The notes: generated by a model not told the origin, from the letters alone. Counted from the stretch's first letter, positions 28,335 to 37,914 are shown. The stretch is 48,211 nt of DNA from Bacteroidota bacterium (GCA_043758125.1 JAYVOC010000246.1:1-48211); one strand, 5' to 3'. Translations and numbers: made by a program.

Positions 28335-29165
28335 TCAGGCTAAATCGGCAAAATAGGCTTCTGTTTTTCGAAAATAATAAACTCCCACTGCAAAGAAAAC
28401 AATGGCAGAAATAGTACTAACAAATATTAAAGTCGTATCGGGATCAACTCCTGTTAATGTAGATCTAAATAAGTTTATAGCACCAGTCATTGGATTCAAT
28501 GCAATCACCCATTTTATCCAAGGGTGTTTAATCATGCTTACGGGATAAATAACAGGAGTAACAAATAATAATGCTTGGATAAGAAAAGGGATCACATAGC
28601 GAAAGTCGCGGTATTTAACATTTAATGCAGCTAAAAGACAACCAGGACCAAACGTTCCCAGCGTCACCAATATCAGACTAAAAAAAAGACATGAAGTAAA
28701 ATATAATGGATCTATGGGAGTTTTATACCAGATCAACATCCCAAGAAAAAGTACGAAAGCCATAATAAAATCAAAAAGTGTTACCAATACAGCTGACAGT
28801 GGTATGATTAATCGTGGAAAATAAATTTTCTTAATAATATTAGAGTTCGTAACCATACTATTAGCAGCATTGCTTAAACCATTTGAAAAAATATTCCAAA
28901 GTAACAAACCAGCAAAAACAAACAGTGGATATGGTACATTATCAGAAGGAACAGCCAATGTTCTTCCAAAGAAAAAAGTAAAAATAATAACCATCATGAT
29001 CGGTTGAATTACCGCCCAAGCAAAACCCAATACCGTTTGTTTATATTTTACTTTAATATCTCTCCAGGTAAAAAAATACAGAAGCTCACGATTTTGCAGT
29101 ATTTCACCTATTCCAAGACTAATTCGTTGTTGAGGCTTTATTTCAAACTCGTAATCAGATTTCAT
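28335..29165 (-). CDS. wzm: Polysaccharide ABC exporter permease (ABC-2 / Wzm-type)
   Basis: YFFTWRDIKVKYKQTVLGFAWAVIQP plus six TM helices. Its stop lies 3 nt before the wzt start. Confidence 0.9.
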   Translation of the reverse strand: MKSDYEFEIKPQQRISLGIGEILQNRELLYFFTWRDIKVKYKQTVLGFAWAVIQPIMMVIIFTFFFGRTLAVPSDNVPYPLFVFAGLLLWNIFSNGLSNAANSMVTNSNIIKKIYFPRLIIPLSAVLVTLFDFIMAFVLFLGMLIWYKTPIDPLYFTSCLFFSLILVTLGTFGPGCLLAALNVKYRDFRYVIPFLIQALLFVTPVIYPVSMIKHPWIKWVIALNPMTGAINLFRSTLTGVDPDTTLIFVSTISAIVFFAVGVYYFRKTEAYFADLA

Positions 29166-29272
29166 TTAGAATTATTCATTTTAGAAAGGTTAGGATTAGG
29201 CGATGAAGGGCTTATTGAGAATTCTTCAAAAACCCGAAATCTGTCATTAGAAAATAAAATTTAACTTGCTGC

Positions 29273-29280
29273 AAAAATAG
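29273..29280 (-). promoter_or_regulatory. Candidate Bacteroidota -7 box (TAttTTTG) for the wzm operon
   Basis: The plus strand reads CAAAAATA, i.e. TATTTTTG on the minus strand. This matches TAnnTTTG about 108 nt upstream of the wzm ATG. I found no convincing -33 TTTG. Confidence 0.25.
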
Positions 29281-29449
29281 AAACTCAAGCGATATAGTTT
29301 CATACTGTTTGTGATTCCTTTTAAGTATGAGTTTTAATTATTCTATCTCCCTCAGTAAAAGGAATTTATACTACGATCAAATGCAATTATATAGTTTATT
29401 TTTTTGATAAATGGAAGCTTTTGTTCACTTAAGGATACAAAAAAGGGGC

Positions 29450-29457
29450 TATGTTTG
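29450..29457 (+). promoter_or_regulatory. Candidate Bacteroidota -7 box (TAtgTTTG) for the 29503 operon
   Basis: TATGTTTG lies 46 nt upstream of ATG 29503, inside the 337-bp divergent intergenic region. A TTTG at 29420-29423 is spaced wider than usual. Confidence 0.3.
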
Positions 29458-29502
29458 ATCAGAATCCCTTAGTTTTGACTTTCCATCTGCGCGAAAGCAG
29501 CT

Positions 29503-30462
29503 ATGACAACTAGCCAATCACCTGAAGTTTCCATCGTTATTCCACTTTACAACGAAGTCAAAGTTTTTAAGCAACTGACAAATCGTTTAGATGCTGTAAT
29601 GGCAACATTGCCCTTTTCATGTGAAGTAGTTTTGATTGATGATGGTAGTCAGGATGAGACAAAGGAATTGATAAGAGAAGTTTGCCTTCGAGATGCTAGT
29701 TACGTTGGTTTAATACTAAGTCGGAATCATGGACACCAATTAGCATTAAGTGCTGGTTTAGCCAATACAAGAGGATCAAAAGCAATTATGGTAATGGATG
29801 GAGATTTACAGGATCCTCCTGAATTAATTGCAGATTTTTATAACAAACTGTCAGAAGGTTACGATGTAATCTATGCAGTTCGTCGTAAAAGAAAAGAAGG
29901 TCCTTTAAAAAAAGTGGCTTATTGGGCTTATTACAGGTTACAGCGTTCCGTAAGCAATTTTAATATTCCGATCGACAGTGGTGATTTTGGGATGATCAGC
30001 CGAAGAGTAGTAGATCATCTTAATAATATGCCAGAACAAAGCAGGTACCTTCGCGGGATGCGTTCATGGGTTGGCTACAAACAAATTGGTCTGGAATATG
30101 AAAGGGATGCCCGAGCAGCAGGAACAAGCAGTTATAGCTTCCGACAATTATTAGGGCTCGCTTACAATGGCATATTTAATTTTAGTGAGTTTCCAGTAAA
30201 ATTTATAACCAGAACGGGAATGTATGCTATTATCCTTTCACTATTTTATTTGGGATATGTTTTGGTAAGAAAAATAATTTACAATGATGTACCAGCAGGA
30301 TTTGCCACATTAATAATCGCAATCATCTTATTTAGCGGAGTACAGCTGATTTCAATTGGATTGATTGGAGAATATGTTTTACGTATTTACAATCAGGTGA
30401 GAAATCGACCTTTATTTGTTGTCGATAAAAAAATTATTGACAAACAAGAACAACATGGATAA
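29503..30462 (+). CDS. GT2 polyprenyl-phosphate glycosyltransferase (ArnC/GtrB/DPM1-like)
   Basis: VSIVIPLYNE, VLIDDGSQDET, RNHGHQLALSAG, MDGDLQDPPE, plus two C-terminal TM helices (MYAIILSLFYLGYVLV; LIIAIILFSGVQLISIGLIG). Confidence 0.85.
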   Translation: MTTSQSPEVSIVIPLYNEVKVFKQLTNRLDAVMATLPFSCEVVLIDDGSQDETKELIREVCLRDASYVGLILSRNHGHQLALSAGLANTRGSKAIMVMDGDLQDPPELIADFYNKLSEGYDVIYAVRRKRKEGPLKKVAYWAYYRLQRSVSNFNIPIDSGDFGMISRRVVDHLNNMPEQSRYLRGMRSWVGYKQIGLEYERDARAAGTSSYSFRQLLGLAYNGIFNFSEFPVKFITRTGMYAIILSLFYLGYVLVRKIIYNDVPAGFATLIIAIILFSGVQLISIGLIGEYVLRIYNQVRNRPLFVVDKKIIDKQEQHG

Positions 30463-31195
30463 TCAATATTACAAGGAATACTATTCACTTGAGCGCAATC
30501 ATTGGTGGTTCAGAGCGCGAACGATTATTCTCTCCGATCAAATTGAAAAAATTGCTGATGGAAGAAAATTAAAAATTTTAAATGTAGGTGCTGCAACGGG
30601 TGGAACGACAGAAATGCTATCAAAATTCGGTGAGGTTACATCTGTTGAATATGAACCTGAATGTTGTAGATTTTTGAATGAAGAATTACACATACCTGCA
30701 ATGGAAGCGTCCATCACTGCATTACCTTTTGAAGATAATTCCTTTGATCTTGTTTGTGCATTTGATGTTGTAGAACATGTTGCGGAAGATCAACTAGCTG
30801 TTCAAGAGTTGAAAAGAATAGCAAAAAAAGAAGGATATGTAAGTTGTTCCGTCCCTTCGTTTATGTTTCTATGGAGCAAACATGATGATGTAAATCATCA
30901 TGAAAGAAGATATACTGCTGCAACGTTTAAAACATTGTTTAATGGAAACGGAAAAATTATTTTCTCGAGTTACTTTAACACATTACTATTTCCTCCTATT
31001 GCTGCATTTCGTTTAATTTCAAAATTACTTCCTGAAAATTTTATGCGCAAAGGTGCAGGATCTGATTTCACTTTGGGCGACACAAAGAGCAGTGGAAATA
31101 TTCCATTTAATCTGATGGCATCTGAACGAAAATTATTAAATAGATATATCCCCTTGCCATTTGGTGTTTCATTCTTTTTAATTTGGAAAAAATAA
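30416..31195 (+). CDS. Class I SAM-dependent methyltransferase
   Basis: ILNVGAATGGT, FDLVCAFDVVEHV. The likely start is ATG 30455 (MDNQYYKEYY), overlapping the upstream stop (ATGGATAA). Confidence 0.8.
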   Translation: MLSIKKLLTNKNNMDNQYYKEYYSLERNHWWFRARTIILSDQIEKIADGRKLKILNVGAATGGTTEMLSKFGEVTSVEYEPECCRFLNEELHIPAMEASITALPFEDNSFDLVCAFDVVEHVAEDQLAVQELKRIAKKEGYVSCSVPSFMFLWSKHDDVNHHERRYTAATFKTLFNGNGKIIFSSYFNTLLFPPIAAFRLISKLLPENFMRKGAGSDFTLGDTKSSGNIPFNLMASERKLLNRYIPLPFGVSFFLIWKK

Positions 31196-32622
31196 TGACG
31201 AAACAACTTACAAAAAAAAATAAAAATATTCTCTACGGAATAATTGCCATCGGATTATTATTTCGTATTGCTTTTATTATAATAGGAGCTAAATTTTATT
31301 ATAGTACAGACCAATTCATGGCACAAGGTGATACTCCAGGATGGATCAACTCATTTATCAATCTGCTTAGTACAGGTACCTATACCAGTAACATCGGCAT
31401 TGAAAACGGTTTGTATTTTCGACCACCAGGATATTCATTTATTATGGGTTTCTTTTATCTGCTATGTGGAAAAAATTTAGAACTTTCTTACAAAGTACTT
31501 GCGTGGACTCAAGTCTTTCTCGATACAATTGCAATCGGAATGGTTTTCTCAATTGTTAAAAATGCAGGAGCCACAATTAAGGTAGCATTAACCGCTGCAT
31601 TTCTTTATGCTATCTATCCTTTCATCATTGTGTGGACTCCAGTTCTATATGCTGAATTATGCAGTGTGTTTTTTATAATTGCTTCTTTATATTTTATTTA
31701 TTCTTCAAAAAAATACAAATATATTTTTGCAGGCATATTTGTCGGATTTGCAGTATTAACACGTTTACAATGTATCTTTTTGTTCCCATGGATGATGCTA
31801 CTTGTTTGGCAAAAAACAGGAGGGCGAGAATTTATACTTAAAGGAAGTCTTGCATTTCTATTAAGTTTTTCTGTCGTTTACGGAAGTTGGCCAATAAGAA
31901 ATTTATTATTGCATAATCGCGTAATGTTTGCACAAGATTTAAGAGTAGGAAGACATTGGTCGCCTGATTATTTATCGTTCATGTATTACATCTTTGCAAT
32001 TAAAACTGATCATCAACCGCAATATCAACAGATCATTGAAAATAAAAAAGTAGAGTGGCCTAAAGAAGCTTATTTGATGCCAGGCGACTCAGCTAAGTTA
32101 GATACACTTGTTCAGCTTTGTAGAACTTGTGGAACAGGTTTTAGCTTTTTCAAATATTATTCAGGTAACTCGCGCGATACAGTTCTTCCATCTAACAATT
32201 GCGACAGTATTATTGAACGTGGGTTTAATCAGTTAATAGCTGAACAAAAAGAAAATAATAAAATGAATTATTATGTGTTTACAACACTTGGTAATTTAAA
32301 AAAGGCATTGTTTAAATTCAGCTTATACGGAAATAAATCTACTACAGTAAAGTTAGCAGGCTCTACACTTTTTGTGTTCCGTACATTCATGATCTTTCTC
32401 GGATTATTTTCTATTTTTCTTAATTATAAAAGGAGATGGATTGATCCTCAATTGTGCACAATGATTCTGCTGTATTTTATTAGCTGGTATTTCTATATCT
32501 GCTTTAGTTATCGCAATATGGAGATTAGATATTTGTTGCATTGCGATTTATTATTGCTGATTCCTGCTGCAGGATTGATTTCCTCCATCATAGGCACATC
32601 GGATAAAAAAAAAATTGCTTAG
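31183..32622 (+). CDS. GT-C fold membrane glycosyltransferase (ArnT / PMT_2, GT39/83-like)
   Basis: About 11 TM helices and a first-loop motif region YSTDQFMAQGDTPGWINS..FRPPGYSFIMGF. The likely start is ATG 31195, overlapping the upstream stop (TAATG). Confidence 0.75.
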   Translation: MEKIMTKQLTKKNKNILYGIIAIGLLFRIAFIIIGAKFYYSTDQFMAQGDTPGWINSFINLLSTGTYTSNIGIENGLYFRPPGYSFIMGFFYLLCGKNLELSYKVLAWTQVFLDTIAIGMVFSIVKNAGATIKVALTAAFLYAIYPFIIVWTPVLYAELCSVFFIIASLYFIYSSKKYKYIFAGIFVGFAVLTRLQCIFLFPWMMLLVWQKTGGREFILKGSLAFLLSFSVVYGSWPIRNLLLHNRVMFAQDLRVGRHWSPDYLSFMYYIFAIKTDHQPQYQQIIENKKVEWPKEAYLMPGDSAKLDTLVQLCRTCGTGFSFFKYYSGNSRDTVLPSNNCDSIIERGFNQLIAEQKENNKMNYYVFTTLGNLKKALFKFSLYGNKSTTVKLAGSTLFVFRTFMIFLGLFSIFLNYKRRWIDPQLCTMILLYFISWYFYICFSYRNMEIRYLLHCDLLLLIPAAGLISSIIGTSDKKKIA

Positions 32623-32633
32623 GCTAACTAATC

Positions 32634-33551
32634 ATGAAGGTTCCTGTATATTTATTCCATCGTGTTTCTGATGAGTCAGACTCATTATGGCCGCCAATTG
32701 TTCCTGCTTTATTTGATAAAATTATTCAAACATTATCTAAAAAGTATAACATCATAAGTATAGAAGAATTATTCCTGAATTCACCTGCTAAATCTTCAAA
32801 ACCCTATGCCTGTATTTGCTTTGATGATGGTTATAAAGATAATCTGGAAATTGCTGCACCAATTCTTCAGCATTACAAGTGTCCTGCCACATTTTATGTA
32901 GTAACTTCATGTATTGATAGTGGTTTTCCAACGTGGACGTATATTCTTGACTACAATTTTTCAAAGACTTCAATAAAAAAAATATCGTTGCAAGGTTTAG
33001 TTCCTTCAGAGTTAGAATATGGAGTATTTTCATCACAATCCGACAAAGAAGATTATGCTAGGAAATTAAAACCATTTTTAAAAACTATAGGAGATCGCTC
33101 GAGAATTCAGGTTATGGAATCACTAGAAAAACAAATGGTAGATACTGTAGTTCCGCAATCTATGATGAATTGGAAAGAAGTGAATCAATTGAAATCTGCT
33201 GGGTTTATTATTGGGTCACACTCAGTTTCACATCCTCTTTTAGCAAAACTTCAAGAAGAAGAAGAAATAAAAAATGAATTATTTCATTCTGCACAACGAA
33301 TAGAACAACAAACAGGTATTTTTCCAATAACGATTTCGTATCCGATCGGATCATATGATCAACGTGTAATGAAACTTGCCAAAGATTGCGGATACAAACT
33401 AGGACTTGCTGTAGAGCAACGTTTTGCTGAAACAAAAAAGGGTTCACTTTTTTCAATTCCTCGAGTTGAATTGTACCAAGAATCATGGTTGAAAACGCAA
33501 TTGAGAATGTCGGGAGTTATTGGACAAATTAATTCATTGATGAAACGATGA
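32634..33551 (+). CDS. Polysaccharide deacetylase (NodB homology domain)
   Basis: ICFDDGYKDNLEIAAPILQHYKCPATFYV (motif 1) and GSHSVSHPLL (motif 2). Confidence 0.85.
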   Translation: MKVPVYLFHRVSDESDSLWPPIVPALFDKIIQTLSKKYNIISIEELFLNSPAKSSKPYACICFDDGYKDNLEIAAPILQHYKCPATFYVVTSCIDSGFPTWTYILDYNFSKTSIKKISLQGLVPSELEYGVFSSQSDKEDYARKLKPFLKTIGDRSRIQVMESLEKQMVDTVVPQSMMNWKEVNQLKSAGFIIGSHSVSHPLLAKLQEEEEIKNELFHSAQRIEQQTGIFPITISYPIGSYDQRVMKLAKDCGYKLGLAVEQRFAETKKGSLFSIPRVELYQESWLKTQLRMSGVIGQINSLMKR

Positions 33552-34369
33552 GTAGCCCTAGTATACTTTTAATTTGCGGAAATGCTCCAAATCAGAAAGC
33601 ACTTGCGCATAAGATTGCTTCACAGTTTTCATTAAAGGCAATTGTAGTTGAAACAAATCATTCAAAGAAGAAAACAACATTAAAGCAACTCATTTTAAAA
33701 ATTGCTGGTAGATTATTTTTGCAACCATTGCATAATGCATGGAGCTCTATGATGAGTAAATACAGTCATCAATTTCCTGAATGGCCTTCTTGTGAAATTT
33801 TCCATACAAACAATGTTAATTCACCTGAAGTAGTTCGTTTCAGTAAGGAACAAAATGCATCTCTTTTCATGGTTTCCGGAACACGATTAATAAAAAAAGA
33901 TTTACTTGCGTTGCAACCTGAAATAGGAATCGTAAACTTACATACTGGATTATCCCCTTATGTAAAAGGTGGTCCGAATTGTACCAACTGGTGCTTGTCG
34001 AATAAGGAGTTTCATTTGATAGGTAACACAATAATGTGGCTCGATGAGGGAATTGATACTGGCAACCTTATCACTACCGACTTTGTAAATTTCTCTGGAG
34101 AGGAAGATTTAAAAGAAATTCATTGGAAGGTAATGGAACAAGCACATGACCTTTATCTTAAAGCTATCGAATCAATTTTCACTCGAAGAGCTACAAAACC
34201 AGGAATAATGCAATCGTCGATTGATGTTGGAAAAACATACTATAATAAAATGTGGGGTTTAAAAGAACAACTTCGTGTGCTGAAACATCTTTATGAATTC
34301 AGAAAAGCGGTAAAATCAGGCGTTGTTTTTAAAGAGAGAAAAAACATACGTACAATTATGTCTTATTAG
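33548..34369 (+). CDS. Formyltransferase family protein
   Basis: IVNLHTGLSPYVKGGPNCTNW (N..H catalytic pair region) and GIDTGNLI (Asp). The start overlaps the upstream stop (ATGA). Confidence 0.75.
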   Translation: MSSPSILLICGNAPNQKALAHKIASQFSLKAIVVETNHSKKKTTLKQLILKIAGRLFLQPLHNAWSSMMSKYSHQFPEWPSCEIFHTNNVNSPEVVRFSKEQNASLFMVSGTRLIKKDLLALQPEIGIVNLHTGLSPYVKGGPNCTNWCLSNKEFHLIGNTIMWLDEGIDTGNLITTDFVNFSGEEDLKEIHWKVMEQAHDLYLKAIESIFTRRATKPGIMQSSIDVGKTYYNKMWGLKEQLRVLKHLYEFRKAVKSGVVFKERKNIRTIMSY

Positions 34370-34405
34370 TCCTCTTTAAATCACCTTCGACCATCAGCAA
34401 TTAAT

Positions 34406-34413
34406 TACATTTG
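34406..34413 (+). promoter_or_regulatory. Candidate -7 box (TAcaTTTG) upstream of asnB
   Basis: TACATTTG lies 53 nt upstream of ATG 34466, in the only sizeable gap (96 bp) of the plus-strand gene run. Confidence 0.25.
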
Positions 34414-34465
34414 CAATTCTTGATTTCCAGTCTAACAAAAAGATAGTAAATTAACTATTTCACTT

Positions 34466-36385
34466 ATGTGCGGTCTAGCCGGATTCATTTCATTCGAACC
34501 ATTCTTTGACAAGGCAGATCTTGTTGCCATGAACAATAAAATTAAGCATCGTGGTCCTGATGCAGAAGGGTATTATATGGATAATTTTTGTGGTTTAGCG
34601 CATCGTAGATTATCGATTATTGATTTATCTACTCGGGCTAACCAACCGATGTTCTCTTCGAATGATCGTTATGTTATCGTATATAATGGTGAAGTTTATA
34701 ATTACAGCGAAATTGGGGCTGGCTTGAAAGAAGGCGCAGGAATTCATAACCAGAGTATGTTTCGTACTTCGAGTGATACCGAGATGATATTGGAGGCATT
34801 TTCTCAATACGGTGTTGATTTCGTGAATCAATTAAATGGCATGTTTGCAATTGCCATCTATGATAAAGAAATGCAAGAACTTTTTCTGTTTCGTGATCGC
34901 TTAGGAATCAAGCCACTTATTTATTATTGGGACGGAGTTCATTTTGCATTTGCATCTGAATTGAAATCTTTGCAAGAATTAGATAAACTGAAAAAAGTTT
35001 TAAATCCACAAGCGATAAATGATTTTCTGCATCTTGGTTTTATTCCAGCACCCTCCACTATCTATAAAAATTTATTCAAAATGTTACCTGGTAGCTGGAT
35101 AAAAATCAGCCGTAAAGGAATTGAAGAAACAAGATACTGGAATCCAAGACAGAAATTAACAAACAATATCATTAGAGATAAAGAAGAAGCATTAGTTAAG
35201 TTAAGTGACTTGCTGATGAGTTCTGTTCAATACCAATTGAAAAGTGATGTTCCATTTGGTGTTTTCTTAAGCGGTGGTATTGACTCAAGTTTAGTAACTG
35301 CTCAAGCTGTTAATTTATCGAGTGTAAAAGTAAATACCTTTTCAATCGGTTTCGAAGAGAATTCGCATAATGAATCGGAGTATGCGAAAGCTGTTGCCAA
35401 TTATCTTGGAACCAATCATCATGAATTTATTGTTTCTTATAAAGATGCGATCGATTTAATTGATTCCATTTTTGATGCATATGATGAACCCTTTTCAGAT
35501 CCTTCAGCGATTCCTACAATGCTAGTTTCAAAACTAGCAAGTAAATATGTAACAGTAACTTTATCGGGTGAAGGTGGTGATGAATTATTTTTTGGTTACG
35601 GATCCTATCAATGGGCCAGGCGATTAAGTAGTCCGATGTATAAAGTTTTCCGTAAACCATTAGCAGCTATTTTCTCTCATTTATCTTCTCGTTATCAGAG
35701 GATCAGTCAGATTTTACTTACTGAACATTCTAGAAATATTAGAAGCCATATATTTTCTCAAGAGCAATATTTCTTTACATCGGATGAGATAAGCAGACTG
35801 TTAAAGCAGCCTTATGTATACCCTTCCGAATTTGATACGTATGATTATTCGGCAATAAATTCTACTCCAAGTGACATTCTTACTACTCAAGGTATCAACG
35901 TAAAATCGAGGAAATTAACGTCAATGGAACAACAAGCACTTTTTGATATTCAATATTATTTATCTGATGATTTGTTGACCAAAGTTGATCGTGCGAGTAT
36001 GCGTTTTTCAATTGAGACAAGAGTACCTTATCTTGATCATCGTGTTGTAGAGTTTGCATTGAATTTAGATCCTGCATTGAAATATCATCAAGGAGTACCT
36101 AAATATATTCTTAAAGAAATATTGTACAAATATATTCCTAAACAATTATTTGAACGACCAAAGCAAGGTTTTGCAATTCCATTAAATAAATGGCTACATA
36201 AAGAATTACTTTATCTTATCCATGAAAATTTGAATGAAGCAACAGTAAAATCAATTGGCGTTGTAGATTATGATATTGTAAAAAAATTAATCGATCAATT
36301 TCTTGATGATGGTAAAGATTATTTGTACAATCGTATTTGGCTCTTAATTGTTTTACATCGGTGGATGAAAACACATAAATATTAG
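34466..36385 (+). CDS. asnB: Asparagine synthase (glutamine-hydrolysing) / glycan amidotransferase
   Basis: MCGLAGF Ntn nucleophile, HRRLSIIDLS, FRDRLGIKPLYY, PP-loop VFLSGGIDSS. Confidence 0.9.
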   Translation: MCGLAGFISFEPFFDKADLVAMNNKIKHRGPDAEGYYMDNFCGLAHRRLSIIDLSTRANQPMFSSNDRYVIVYNGEVYNYSEIGAGLKEGAGIHNQSMFRTSSDTEMILEAFSQYGVDFVNQLNGMFAIAIYDKEMQELFLFRDRLGIKPLIYYWDGVHFAFASELKSLQELDKLKKVLNPQAINDFLHLGFIPAPSTIYKNLFKMLPGSWIKISRKGIEETRYWNPRQKLTNNIIRDKEEALVKLSDLLMSSVQYQLKSDVPFGVFLSGGIDSSLVTAQAVNLSSVKVNTFSIGFEENSHNESEYAKAVANYLGTNHHEFIVSYKDAIDLIDSIFDAYDEPFSDPSAIPTMLVSKLASKYVTVTLSGEGGDELFFGYGSYQWARRLSSPMYKVFRKPLAAIFSHLSSRYQRISQILLTEHSRNIRSHIFSQEQYFFTSDEISRLLKQPYVYPSEFDTYDYSAINSTPSDILTTQGINVKSRKLTSMEQQALFDIQYYLSDDLLTKVDRASMRFSIETRVPYLDHRVVEFALNLDPALKYHQGVPKYILKEILYKYIPKQLFERPKQGFAIPLNKWLHKELLYLIHENLNEATVKSIGVVDYDIVKKLIDQFLDDGKDYLYNRIWLLIVLHRWMKTHKY

Positions 36386-36398
36386 TTGATTTTTTTTA

Positions 36399-37790
36399 TT
36401 AAGAAAATTGCTTTTCGATTTTTCGGAGATCAACTGGATTTAATTCAGTATAATGTTCAGCAGCTTTTGCATCTAATTCTTTTTGTCGTAGATGTTTTAT
36501 GATAAATAAAGCGGCTACATAAAAAGGAATACATGGAATTTTATAACGTACTAAACTTCCAAAATTACTTGTAGAAATTCCTACAGCAAATCCAAAGAAT
36601 ATAGAAAAGACAAGGCAGAATGTGAGAAGGTGGTGTTTAAGGAAATATCGAAATATTCCAAAAACCCGAACCATGATCAATACCCTTATAGTTAATATTA
36701 AGATGAGAAGATTTTCAATAGCGGAAACTAACATTACAATATTATTTGCTTCAAAAATGAAAGGGCGAAAAAATGTCGCTACCAGTGCCTGTGGAAGTTT
36801 TTGTAACATCGAAGGAATAGTAGCATCAAAATTACCGATATCAAAAGAGTTACCGTTATAATAATCCATTTTTAAATCACGTTGGGTAACCATTGCTTTT
36901 TTCAATACATTATCAAGAGTATACTCAGCTAACTGACTTTGCAAGAGACTCATCATTATATATCCGAAAATGAGACCAAATAATAGGAAGAGTGGGATTG
37001 TTGCAAACTTTGCCATTTTACCTTTTACTTGAGAAACAATTTTGTGTGCCGTCCAAAAAATCAACCCAGGCATCAACCCAACGAAAATATATGGCTTAAT
37101 TGATAGAATTACCAAAGCAGCTAATACGACCATAATAATGTTACCGAAAATTCTTTCCTTTTTTACGAACGCCATATAATAGCTGTAAACAAGATAACCA
37201 GTACCAGCAAATGTGAAAGTATCCTTCAATAATCCAGAGCCCCAAAAGAATACAGAAGGTATAAAGAACAACGTAATTGCTAACTCTTTTTGAATTTCAG
37301 GAAATTCGCTGTTGAAGACTTTAAACAGCCTCCATACTCCCATGAATGAGAATGTTGCAATTAAAAAGTTTGTTGCTATAAAGCTTCCAAATCCCAAAAA
37401 AATAAAAGGAAACGATAATTTAACTACAAAAAATGTTTCCGCAGTCTTAAAATATACTGGATATCCAGTATCAAAACTAAAGAACACAAAATTTGCCTTA
37501 TTGTGAAAATGTGTCATAATATCAATGAAACCAGATGTATTATAAACCAGAAGTTTCACTAAGCAGACACCATCATTATAATATTGTAGGGTATCTCCGC
37601 CAGGATAATAAAAAGTATAAACCAAACATAAGCCAAGAGCACCGAATAACTTAACTCTTAACCCGGGAAGGAACCACTTAAAGAGAGGATCCGTTTCCAT
37701 CTTCCTTTTTGCATAAATTCTAGAAAAAAACAAAATAATAAGCAATGCAATTGGCCCAAATAGAAAATCCGCCATTGAATAAAACTGCAT
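36399..37790 (-). CDS. Polytopic membrane protein, possibly EpsG/Wzy-like polymerase
   Basis: 463 aa with about 12 TM helices. An early loop YYPGGDTLQYYNDG is reminiscent of the EpsG family. The function is not secure. Confidence 0.5.
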   Translation of the reverse strand: MQFYSMADFLFGPIALLIILFFSRIYAKRKMETDPLFKWFLPGLRVKLFGALGLCLVYTFYYPGGDTLQYYNDGVCLVKLLVYNTSGFIDIMTHFHNKANFVFFSFDTGYPVYFKTAETFFVVKLSFPFIFLGFGSFIATNFLIATFSFMGVWRLFKVFNSEFPEIQKELAITLFFIPSVFFWGSGLLKDTFTFAGTGYLVYSYYMAFVKKERIFGNIIMVVLAALVILSIKPYIFVGLMPGLIFWTAHKIVSQVKGKMAKFATIPLFLLFGLIFGYIMMSLLQSQLAEYTLDNVLKKAMVTQRDLKMDYYNGNSFDIGNFDATIPSMLQKLPQALVATFFRPFIFEANNIVMLVSAIENLLILILTIRVLIMVRVFGIFRYFLKHHLLTFCLVFSIFFGFAVGISTSNFGSLVRYKIPCIPFYVAALFIIKHLRQKELDAKAAEHYTELNPVDLRKIEKQFS

Positions 37791-37874
37791 ACTCTTCGAG
37801 ATTAGATTGTAAAAGTACAGAATTATAAAATACTGGTTTCTATTTTTATGATACTGGCTGAAATCAAAAGATAC

Positions 37875-37882
37875 TATATTTG
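37875..37882 (+). promoter_or_regulatory. Candidate -7 box (TAtaTTTG) upstream of the acyltransferase gene
   Basis: TATATTTG lies 72 nt upstream of ATG 37954. Confidence 0.25.
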
Positions 37883-37914
37883 AAACGTTAAATCAAACTC
37901 ATGAATTTATCCTA

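Noticed and set aside
29293-29398. 9-bp direct repeat ATATAGTTT (29293-29301 and 29390-29398) in the divergent promoter region as an operator pair
   Set aside because: In a 337-bp AT-rich spacer, about one such 9-mer coincidence is expected by chance, and it has no dyad symmetry.
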